A stretch of 64,000 bases of DNA, from assembly GCF_000315625.1 (NCBI RefSeq), contig NW_005434667.1, forward strand, positions 467,160-531,159. The letters are read 5' to 3'. Made by a program: the position numbers and the translations under genes. The notes under the pieces were generated by a model that did not search any database, was not told where the DNA came from, and saw only the letters and a list, made by a program, of their open reading frames with translations. The DNA comes from Guillardia theta CCMP2712 (taxonomy: Eukaryota > Protista > Cryptophyta). Positions 38,991-49,539 of this stretch are shown here, piece by piece (position 1 is the stretch's first letter; each line of letters opens with the position of its first letter).

Positions 38991-40873
38991 TGTTCGCTTC
39001 CTCACGCCTGTACCCTCACCCCCGTCTATACCAAGTTGTGAGTGGGTAGGGCAATGAAAACACCGGTGTATTTTATGCAGAAGGGGTTCGAGTCAATTTG
39101 GAGGGGTGGGGGTCATCAATATATCTATCTACACCCCTTTCGTTCTTGTAGCAAAGGCCCCAACAACAAAAATATCAGGGGTACATTGAGAAATGGGTGG
39201 GTAGCGTTAACAAAGGACGCTTCTTATGTTGTGGGGGTGGTTAATTTCCACGCACGAGGCCGAGTAGACGGGGTGGGGTGAAAATGTGATTTGTATGACC
39301 CTACCCCTGATTTGACACTATCTATCGACGTAAAAGTAGGGGTGCAACAGAGAACCCCCGATGGACTACCCGGTTGTTTGGATTCCAACTACGGAGGCCG
39401 GTAATACAAAATTTGAACCTTGCCACGAAAAATGGATCTAATTTTCGAAATATAAGACTATATTTGAAATTATATCTCAAATTTGAAATTCCCCCCCCCC
39501 CCCCCCGTTGATTCCCGTTACAGAAGTCCAGCAAAGCATTCACTTTAAAAAGTAGTCTTTTTAAGATTACAATAATTATTTCAAAAGACCCACTAAAATA
39601 TAGCTGTACAAGTAATGCAGTGATATTTCCTTCAAAGCTACAATAAATTAGTTTTAACAAATATATATTAACAACAACCAAGTACATTCAATTTATTTAC
39701 AGTACAAATAGTTTGATGAATCTGTACCAAGAATCTCTAGTATCTTTTTTAAAAACTCTTTGCCTCTAAGATCATCTTGACCACCTCCCCATTCATGCCC
39801 TCTCAAGGTCCCCTGACCCCACCCTTCTGTTCACCCCACCCTACCCTCTAATTGTCTCATTTTTGTCTAATAGCAGCCATACACCCCACCCACCCTTTCC
39901 CAAAAGTCTCTACCCCCTCCTCACTTTTACCACCCTTTTCATCTCCACCCGTCCTTTCCTCTGTCAAACAACCCACCCTCTTGTTCCCTGGCAATGTGTA
40001 CAGCACCCCCTTTCCCGGGCATCGGAACGGGTGGTTTCACTACCCACCTTTGAATGGACCCAGTGTTGATGTACCCAACCCGTCGCAGACTTCCATGACC
40101 CCTTCATATCAGACCCTACCCCTTCATACCTCGAATGATGACCCTTAATGTACATCTTTCACCCCCTCGTTTCTATCTTTTTAGCCTGTTACAAGTACCC
40201 ATCTTTTCATGATACCCCCCCATGCAGAGCACCTTCAAGGTCCCTACCCTCTGTGGAAATACTCCTACCCCCCTGGATTCAACCCCCACCCCCTCTCGGA
40301 ACATATCGAGACCTTCCTGTTCTCGCTCCATGCAGCTAGTGGAGGCGACAGCAACGAGCAAGAGTCGTGCTGTCCCTCGATTTGAGCTCCTCCCCTCCTT
40401 CGGACCTCAGCCTTCAAAACTTCCTCTCTCACTCGTCTCTTCCCTCCCATCCTTCTCTTCCCTATACCTAGATCTGCAAAGTATCCCTTTCTTGAAAAGC
40501 TTTCCCCTACACCTTGCTTCCCCTTCTTTGGCTAACTTGCATTGCTCTGAGAGACCCTTCGCTTGCTGGTTTTCTCACTTCTCTTGTTGGATTTCGTCTC
40601 GATCTCTCCAGCTCATGTTGCCCTTGCCTCTTGTCTTTCTTGTCTCTCGGAACCCTGGCTAATGTACCTTTTTTTTTACTGCAATTATGATGAACGCGTC
40701 TTTCGAGTCGGATATATCTTTTCTGATTTGAATCAAAGCAACATCGTCTGAATTTTTTTAAAAAACGAATGGATCTGGAAGTTTCATTTCTTGGCTCGTG
40801 GACCATGTTTTGCAGACGATATTTAGGTGAACAGAAACGATTGGCATAGTGCAATAGTTGAACAAATTCAACG

Positions 40874-42310
40874 ATGATGACATTGGGCACAAACAGCATC
40901 ACACGAGCACTCCGTTGGTGGTTTTACCATCATGGATTGTTCTGTGCCAAACACCCACGTCTTGCCGCTGTCCTCGGAATGATAGTCATGCTTGTTAGCG
41001 CATTAGGGTTCTTCAATCCTCGAGGGCAGCCTTTCGTCTTTGACTTTCCGGGAATCATGCAAGACTTTGTGAAGTTTGTACGACAATACGCAGTCCCGCG
41101 CTGGCTCCTTGGAGCCTACATGCTTCTTGCGACGTACCTGGCATGGGCAGCAGACGTGGGTGTGAAATACTCCACGTTGAAGAGAGTGAAATCAGCGCTG
41201 GGGCTCAACACAACGTCTCACAGGTGCGTGAGAGGAAGGAAAATCCCATGGAATCCTTCGTTCCGTGCTCGTTTCACAGTGGGGATATGCGGAGTGCTGA
41301 CGGTCTTCTCCTCCATTCTGCTTGCTGGAGCTGTCTCGAACTCTCTCCTCGGGGTGAACATGGGTATGATCCTGGATGAGTTGCCGTTCCTTGTCGTCTT
41401 CATGGGGGTTCAGGGAGTCTTCAGCCTCCTCGATGCATCTACGAGCACCTACAACGAGTCTGAGCTGAGGAGAGGGCAAGTCTATGTGGTAGACAGAGTC
41501 AACCAGATCGCGCTGGCGACGTCCCTCACGGGTCCAGAGGAACTGGTGATGTCGCTGAGCAAGGCGCTGGTCGCTCTGTTCGTCGTCTGGCCCCTCTCGA
41601 CGCTCATGGGGCAGCAATGCATCGCCGACTTCTCTGTGCATGCCGGGCTCGCGGTGCTCTTCAAGTGTCTTCTTCAGATGTCAGTGTTCGCCTCGGTCGT
41701 GCAGGCCTTGCTCCCTGAGTGGGACCCCGCGAGGAAGCAGAACCGTCCCTTGCTCACGCCGGAGATGAAGTGCCGGGTCTGCTTTGAGTTCTCTCAAGAC
41801 CTGCGGAGGTGTCCCTGCAGGTGCACGGGGAGCGTCGGGTACATCCATCCAGTCTGCTTCCAGCAGTGGTTCGAGACCAAGAAGAGCATGCGCTGTGAGC
41901 TCTGCCACGTGATCTTCAACGTCCGCATGCTGCCAACGTCTGTGATGACCAACATCCAAACCATGGAGTCCCTCGTCGCGGAGCTGCTTCCTCCGCTCTC
42001 GAAGAGGCTCGCCCTCTACCTCCTCCTCTCCATCCCCATCAGCTGCAACAAGCTCGGCTTCATGGTTGTCGACGCTGTCTCGGAGAACTTCCGCCTGCTC
42101 GTTGGCACTGCTCACAGCAATGCGGCATACATGCTGACTCTGATCGCCTGCTCCCTCCCCGCCGTCGCCGTCGCCCTCCTGGAAGTTGTACCGCGCGTTC
42201 TGACCGACTGGCATCGTCGCCATCGTGTGATGCACTGGGATGGGCCGATAGACGGGATGTCAGACTCGGATTCAGATGATGAATACTGCAACCAAGAAGC
42301 GAGGAGATAG
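40874..42310 (+). CDS. Sterol-sensing domain (SCAP/HMGCR/NPC1 type) + RING-CH (MARCH-type) membrane E3 ligase, intronless
   Basis: FYHHGLFCAKHP. SSD helices GICGVLTVFSSILLA, DELPFLVVFMGVQGVFSL and IADFSVHAGLAVLFKCLLQMSVF. C4HC3 ring CRVC..CPCRCTGSVGYIHPVCFQQW..CELC followed by two TM helices. Confidence 0.88.
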   Translation: MMTLGTNSITRALRWWFYHHGLFCAKHPRLAAVLGMIVMLVSALGFFNPRGQPFVFDFPGIMQDFVKFVRQYAVPRWLLGAYMLLATYLAWAADVGVKYSTLKRVKSALGLNTTSHRCVRGRKIPWNPSFRARFTVGICGVLTVFSSILLAGAVSNSLLGVNMGMILDELPFLVVFMGVQGVFSLLDASTSTYNESELRRGQVYVVDRVNQIALATSLTGPEELVMSLSKALVALFVVWPLSTLMGQQCIADFSVHAGLAVLFKCLLQMSVFASVVQALLPEWDPARKQNRPLLTPEMKCRVCFEFSQDLRRCPCRCTGSVGYIHPVCFQQWFETKKSMRCELCHVIFNVRMLPTSVMTNIQTMESLVAELLPPLSKRLALYLLLSIPISCNKLGFMVVDAVSENFRLLVGTAHSNAAYMLTLIACSLPAVAVALLEVVPRVLTDWHRRHRVMHWDGPIDGMSDSDSDDEYCNQEARR

Positions 42311-42583
42311 GAGGAGGCGGAGCTGGAGCGAGGCAGCGGGTAGGAGGAGCGGGAAAGGGGATTCGTCTGCCCCTTGCGCCGAGGAAGGGCTGCCGAGGAA
42401 GTGCTTCAGCTCGTTAGATTTCTTTCAATTGGCTGAAACGGAGGGAGCAGGGAGCGACGTCGGCCTCATGGCAAAGTTGCAGACATGTTAAGATAGATAC
42501 AACAACAACGTGACAGCATGTAAACATGATACATTCATTGACGTGTAATATACAAGGATTGTCACTCTTGCTCGTTGCCTTTC

Positions 42584-45500
42584 TCACGCTGCCAGGTCGA
42601 TAAGAGCTGAGCGAGTCATCATATGTTTGACCAACATCTGAAAAGGCGTCATCGAGCTCCGGTATCCTCCCCTCCCCTATCCTCCCCAGCTCTTCCTGCA
42701 TTCTCCTCCTCTTCCTCTCACCTGTGGAAGAAGTGGCGAATCAGCGCTCATGTTGACCAGCCTCCCCGCCTCCTTCACTCCGCAGCTCCATCCTCTCTCC
42801 TGCCATCAGGTGAGGCGGCGGCAGCAGGAGAGCTGTCCTCACCTTGCTGTCCCACTGCAGGCCCTCCGCCCGACACCGATCCTTGATGTCGTAGGAGTTG
42901 CGAATCAAGATTCTTGACTTCCCCTCCCCGCCCTCCTCCTCGAGGATGATGGCGTACGGAAGCTTGTTTGTCTTGCTCTTGGAGGAGGAGACTGCCTTGT
43001 GAGAAGAGCCGGCGATGGCCTCGAGGACCAAGTCTGCTGTCACCTCCTCCTCCCTCGACATGTTCAGTATCGCAGCAGCATGCGAGCGAGTGCAGGTCCA
43101 CGCCTGCGCCGTCTCGTTCCAGGCCATCCCGAGCTCGCGAAGGAAGCGCTTGAGCCCGTAGCAGCGATCCACAAGCACCTGCGGTGTGAGGCGATCAATG
43201 GCGGCGAGACGGGAGGGTGAGGAGGAGAAGGAGGACCGTGCTGTTCTCGATGCGACATCGGGGCATGCTGATTGGTTGAGGAGAGTCTGAACGCGAGGAG
43301 ACGGAGGATACTGTGGAAGAGTAAGTTGGTAGCAAAGTTTGAGGAGGATGATAGAGGCTTTTGTCAGCATCACTCACAGTCTTTGGGGAGGGACATGCGC
43401 TCGAGGCCCTCGAGCAGCTCCTCGAGCGAGAGATTCTCCAGCAGCTCCTCCTCTTTCGTCTTCGTCTCCTCCTCGCTGTTGCTCGAGCACTTGGAGTCCT
43501 CTCCCGCCATGCCCCCATGGGCCATCGCACCCGCCTCCTCTGCCCCCCTCATTCTTCTCCTCATCTCCTCCATCGGCAGCGCCCAGGCCTTCTCCTCCTG
43601 CCGCCATCGGAACCCTGCCATCCGGAGCCGCTCCTTCATGTTGTATCCGTTGAACACCAGCAGCTCGTCCCCGCACACCCGAACGTCAACTTTCCTCCCC
43701 TTCCTCTCATCCTTCACTCCGCTCAACTTGCCGGAGCGTTCCGCTGCCTTCCTGGCTCGCGCGAGCATGGACAGAACCTTGTGCTCAGTGATGGAGGAGG
43801 AGGAGGCGCAGGGATCTTCTGTGAGAGCTCCGCTGACGAAATCTGTGCATATGAGCTTCTTGATCTGTTCAAAAAGTTAGCTCTTCCTCCCTCCCTCCTC
43901 TTCCCTCCTCCTCATCGCCCCTCCTCCTGGTCACAAGTTCATCTCACCTCGGTGGAGTTTGCCTTCAGCACGATGTCTCCCTCCTCTGCTCTGCTCGTGT
44001 TGACCAGGTTGACCAGCTCCAGGGCTGGAGCAAGCGAGGGCGCGAATCTCATGTGGATCATCCCCTCCTCCTCCTCCTCCTCTGTCTTGAGAATGCTACA
44101 GAGAGACCTTAAACCCTGTCTCCCCCCTTCGTTCCCTTCCCTCTCCTGCTGGTGCTGGTGCTCATCCTTCTCTTCCTTCTTGTCCGTCTCGCATCCTTCG
44201 GTGTACTCGTACAACATGTCGAGAATCAGCTCGGCGTTGAGATCAACGAGCGAGTCGATGCCAACCTGCCAAGACGCCAGAGTGAAACTCTGCTATCCCC
44301 TTCTTCCGCTCCCCTCCTCTCCTTTGTTCCTCTCCCTTCCCCCCGCATATCCCTTCCCCACTTCCTTTCTCCACTCCGCCCTTCTCCCACAGCTTGATGT
44401 TTGTTCTCACAGCGAGCAAGCCCTCTATCCCATCCCAACAGTCTTCAGTCGACTACGTTGGTTCGTCCCTCTCCTCATCCTTACCATCCTCTCGAACTCT
44501 TTGACTTCTTTTTTCCACAATCCGGAAGTCTCGTCGAGCTCGAAGAAACAGGATCGCAAACTCTCTTCAAACGTCTCTGCGTTGCTGATCTGAACATCCC
44601 GATGATCCACCTGACAACTCGATCAACCTCCTCCTCCTCCTCCTCCTCCTCCTCCTCTCACCTTCCAGCGAGGAGAAGGTATGGAAGCGATCAGAGTTCG
44701 GGCATGCTGGAATTTCGTCTTTGAAGAGATCAGACCCAGCACAGACAAGTTGCAAACTTGTTTCCTCGCTCCCCCCGCCCTCTCACTCCTCTCCTCCTCC
44801 TCACCGTCTCTTCCTCTCCCTCCACTTCTTCGCCTTTGACTTCTCGTCTCCAGACGTTCTCCTCCACATTCAAGACGAAACCTGCGAGCTTGAGGCGGAA
44901 CTTGTCGCCTGCAGGACCACGAGGTGAGGAGGAGAGGAGGAGGAGGAGGAGAGGAGGAGGGGAGGTGAGGAGGAAGGGAGGAGGAGGAAGGGAGGAGGAG
45001 GAAGGGAGGAGGAGGAGTGGTACCTCGAGCGAACTTGTCAAGGGGCCGGACGAGCACTATGTCGTTCTCCTCCTCGTGAAATTCCATGCGGCGATCTGGT
45101 GCTGGATGAGAAAAGGAACGGGAAGAGTAGGAGGAGGAGTTGTGGGGATGGCACTTCACCTAGTGGAGGGAGAACCTCCTTCGCATTATCTTGGTACATC
45201 TGCATCATCGTGAACAAGAACAAGAACAAGAACAAGAACAAGAACAAGAACAAGAGCAAGAGCAAGAGCAAGAGCAAGAGCAAGTTCTTTCTTCTCTCAA
45301 GCTCATTCCTCTCACCTTGACGAAGAGGATCTCAAGCATTTCTTGGACCTTCTCTCTTGTCACGTCCTTCTCACTCGCATTGAAGAATTCCGCGATTCTC
45401 GACAGCTCGGCTGTCCATCCCCTACTTGCCACGTCGTAGGAGAAACCTGCCGAGGATAAACAAAAGCAAAATCAGAGGGTGGAAAAAGATGTGAATGGAA

Positions 45501-47261
45501 AACAGGAGATGGCATAGCAACAAGAGAGAATGAGAAGGAGAAGAAGAAGTAGAAAGTGAAGGCAAAGAGCGAGCGACGAGGAAGAGCGGAGAGGAAAGAG
45601 AGGAGGGAAGTGGAGGTATGAAGATATTCCAGCATGAGAGGTTTGCGCGATTCTTTACCTCCTCTCCTCACCAGCTCCCACATTGGTTGACATTTTCTCA
45701 GGATACAATGGGAGGAGTTGAAGTAAACAGAAACTGTCTTCCTCTTCAGCTCCTCTCTTTCCATCCTGCACCACCTGTCAGAAGAATGAAGACGGAGAGA
45801 AGAGAGAGAGGAAACGACAGAAAGATATTTGATAGGCAGAGGAGAGGAGAAGAGCGGAGAGGAGAGGAGAGGAGAGGAGAGGAGAGGAGAGGAGAGGAGA
45901 GGAGAGGAGAGGAGAGGAGAGGAGAGGAGAGGAGAGGAGAGGAGAGGAGAGGAGAGGAGAGGAGAGGAGAGGAGAGGAGAGGGGGCAGGATGCAGGTCAC
46001 CTGCTCATTTGGCCAGCAGACCCCCTGCTTTTGAGTCCTTTACGCTGAATTCAGTTGGACCTCCTCTTCTCCCCTCCCCTCCCCTTCACCGCTTCCTCCC
46101 CGCCCCCCCTCCCCCTCCTCTTTCCCGCTCCCCACCTTTGACTGCGGATGCCCATTCCTTCATCTTCTCCTTTGCCATCTTCAGCCGAGCAAGCCTTGCA
46201 CGCTCCTGCTCCTCTTCTTCACTTCCTCCTCCCTCCACCTCCCTCCTCCACCTTCATCATGTTCCCTTGCGCTACCGCAAGAACTTCCGAGGAGGAGGAA
46301 GACGAGGAAGTGGCAGGAGCCAGTTCTTCGTCGAGTTGCTTCTCGAAAGTCTCTCGAGGGATGGGTCGCTACGTGCTTCGTCAGAAGTACACCCTCTCTC
46401 CTCCTCCCTCCTCTCCTCCTCCTCCTCCCTCCCTCTCCTCCTCCTCTCCTTCCCCTCGTCTGACTTTTTCATCAACTCTCTCACCTCAGGAGACTGAAAG
46501 TTGGCACAGTCTGGATCGAGACAACGCTGTCAACAGCAGATCAGCTTCCTTTCCTTCCTCTTCCTTCCTCCCCTCCTCTCTCAGGAGCACCTGCTTCCAT
46601 ACTCCTCGTGATAGGTCGCAGACAATCTGATCCCAGGCAAACACGTCACATCACTTCCTCTCCCCTTCCCCTTTGATCACCTCTCCTTCCCTCGCTCTCC
46701 CCGTCCTCCTCCTCCTCTCCTCCTCCTCCTCTTACAGAGATCCTGTTGGACTTGTGCTGTCTTCCGATCGCCTCGCAGAATCTGTTCCCCAGCAGAGAGA
46801 AAGTTATCCGCATGCTTGTCCGGTTCAGCGCCCACTGCTGCACCCAGGCCCCGCTCCGAACCTCGCATACGTAGCTGAAAACAGGCGTCAGGAGGAGGAG
46901 GAGAGGAGCAGCGGGTTAGGAGATGGAGGAGGGCAAGGAGGCGGAGGAGCGATGGATAGATGGATGGGATAGAAGGAAAGAGAGAGACGGCAGGATAGAG
47001 GATGAGGGAGGGAGGGAGGGAGGGAGGGAGGAAGGGGAGGGAGGGAGGAGAGGCAGTTGGAGAGGGAGGGAGTACCGGTCCAGGTCGGGGAAAGGAGATT
47101 TAGAGGAGAAACTTTCTCGTCTGCTGGTGTCGCTGGCTGAGATTGTCGTGAAGTTGAGGGTCAAAGTCGCCTGAACGCCACGTAAGCCTCCTCCTCCTCC
47201 TGCACCAACCTTCTGCCTCCTCCCCTCCTCTTTCTAGCTCCTGTCGCATCCCCCCTACCCC

Positions 47262-47292
<31 letters not shown>

Positions 47293-49168
47293 CACCTTCT
47301 TGGTCTTGTTCGCATCCTCATCCTCCAGCAGGTGATCCAGCTGCGAGGTGAAGCAGATAAGAGAATGCTGCAGCAGGAGCCGTTAGCTCTGAACCTCCTG
47401 CTCCTGCTCCTCGTTCACCATAAAGACGTTCTCCTCCTCGTCTCTTCCTCCCCCGACCGAAGGGTGCAGCGAAGAGAACATGAGCTTCATGAACGCGTTG
47501 GAGTGAAGATCAGGATGCCACTTGTGCGGGTGCTCGCGCTGAGATCTCTGCATCCCATGACAATCATTTCCTCCTCCCTCTTTGGCCTTCCCTGCTGCTT
47601 TCTCTAGGCCAGCATCCCCCCTCCTCTACTTCCCTCTCCTCCCCAGCTCTTTTCTTGCCCCTTGTTCCTCTACTGACCTCGAACGTCCTCGTCTTGCCGA
47701 GCTTGGAGGAATAGAGGATGCGAAAGCACCGATTGCGAGTGTAGACCCCGAGGTCAACGCAAGACTTCACGTCCTGACACACACGTTAAAATCCCTCCTC
47801 CTCCTCCTCCTCCCCCTCCCCTTCCCCCTTCTCCTGCTTCAACTCCAGTAGCAGCAGCAGCATACTGCAACTGCTGCTGCTGCTGCTCTTCCCGGACGCA
47901 TACTGCTCCTCATCCCCCTTACAGCTAACCCTGACCTCCAGCACCTCGGGAAGAAGTTCGACGAAGTGACGGACGAAGGCACCCGCGTGCGAGTTGTCCT
48001 TGAACGCAACGTTGGCAACAATGAGATGCCGCGAGAACTTCACGTCTGTGCAACTGTCCAGCTCCAGCACCTGCAGGACAGCACAAGAAACTTAGCAAGT
48101 GAGGGGTAGGGGTAGGGGGAGGATGAGTAAGACTGTGATGGTGAGGTGTAGCGAGCAGGCCAGCTCTTTCTCACCTGGATCTGTTTGTCAAATTCCTTAT
48201 ATCTCGCCTGCAAAGCCGGTTGAAGCTCCTCCAGCATCTTGTCCACCCTGCTGTTCCCCAGCTGATGCGCCTCCGTCACGTTGTCCCCAGCAGAGATCGG
48301 AAACTCCAGATCGAAGTAGAGCCGGCACGGCGAACCTTCACGGATGATCTCAGCGAAATGTCGTCCGCTCGGGTCCATCTTCTTGTATCTTCTCCAGAAC
48401 CCCTGCCATCCACTTCATCCACATCCTTTCCTCTCCCCCTCCCTTCCTCTCCTCCTCCCAACTCACCCTGTAAGTAGCTGCCACGTACTGCTTGGCTCCT
48501 GTGTTCTTCTTGTCCTGCGCATAGACCTGTAGCCCGAGCGAAGGACGAGCGTCCGCGAACTTGAAGGCATCAGCTTGCGTTGCGAACACTTCGAAGACGT
48601 AGTCTGCATGATTCACATCCTTGACCTCCTCGAGAACTTTCATCCCTCGTCCTCGCTGCGGAGAAAGGAAGGAAGTAGAGCTGGAGGAATCGACGGCTCT
48701 TGTGGGGCTCGTGATCTCCTCCGTCCTCGCCTGCTTGCTTCTTGGCACAAGATTGTCGCCGAAGAGTGCCGCATTCCTTGACCGCAGTTCCTGGCTGCTG
48801 AACAAATCCTTGGCATCCTGTTTGCTCTCAAAGTCCGCCAGTCGTTCCACCAGGTCTGCCTTGTTACCCCTCGTATTGAGTCCCCTCTCCCTGAGCGCTC
48901 TGTGCAGCTCAGATAGCTTCATCCTCTCAAACACCGCTCGGTCCTCCGCCGATTGGCTCGGGTTGAAATTGCTGTCAGACGACCTCGTAAAGTCGTTGCT
49001 CAGCGAACTGTCGGATCTCTTGACATTCATCATGGTCCCTCCCCTCAGCCTGAACACGGGAGAGGGGTGTTCCTTGCAGGCAAAGGGGCACAAAGTCGAT
49101 TGCATCACCTGACAAGAAACCTTGCACAACAGTACGACGAACAAAACATTAGCCAACGCACGAACCAT
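42584..49168 (-). CDS. PRIMPOL: PrimPol-like primase-polymerase with N-terminal signal peptide and SAP domain, Zn finger, and C-terminal tandem DUF5710-like repeats (many exons; the C-terminal part could be a separate gene)
   Basis: SAP: KLSELHRALRERGLNTRGNKADLVERL. AEP motifs: EIIREGSPCRLYFDLEF, KFSRHLI, VDLGVYTRNRCFRILYSSKLGK. ZnF: RFCEAIGRQHKSN..RCLDPDC. Downstream repeats such as YNMKERLRMAGFRWRQEEKAW. Confidence 0.88.
45212..45284. repeat. (CAAGAA)n/(CAAGAG)n intronic microsatellite
   Basis: Compound hexanucleotide array. Confidence 0.95.
45838..45981. repeat. (GGAGA)n intronic microsatellite
   Basis: Pentanucleotide array, the same unit as 5827-5970 on the opposite strand. Confidence 0.95.
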
Positions 49169-49539
49169 CTTCAAAATGAACTTCTGTCAACCCATTTGCC
49201 CGTTTCTGTCTGACAAAACGAGAACATCAGACAGGAACGAGTACGAAAACACATGGGAAGCTCTTGTGACTGCACACTCGCCTTCAAACAAGGAACTTGA
49301 TACCCCTCATGAACATCTCGATACCCACTACTACAACCGACATCTCACGAGCAACATCTTCTTCTCCTCTCCTCCACGCCCTTCCATGCCTTGTATATCG
49401 CCATCATCCATGTCTCCCTCCCTCCCTCCCTCCCTCCCATACTTTCGCCGCCTCCGCCTCCCCCTTCCCCATTTTTGTTCGAATTTGAACTTCGCACGCC
49501 AACACACGCGGGCGGTTACAGTACGTTAATTCCCCAACA

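Noticed and set aside
39322-39687. 121-aa minus-strand ORF
   Set aside because: AT-rich low-complexity sequence with no recognisable motif and composition unlike neighbouring genes.
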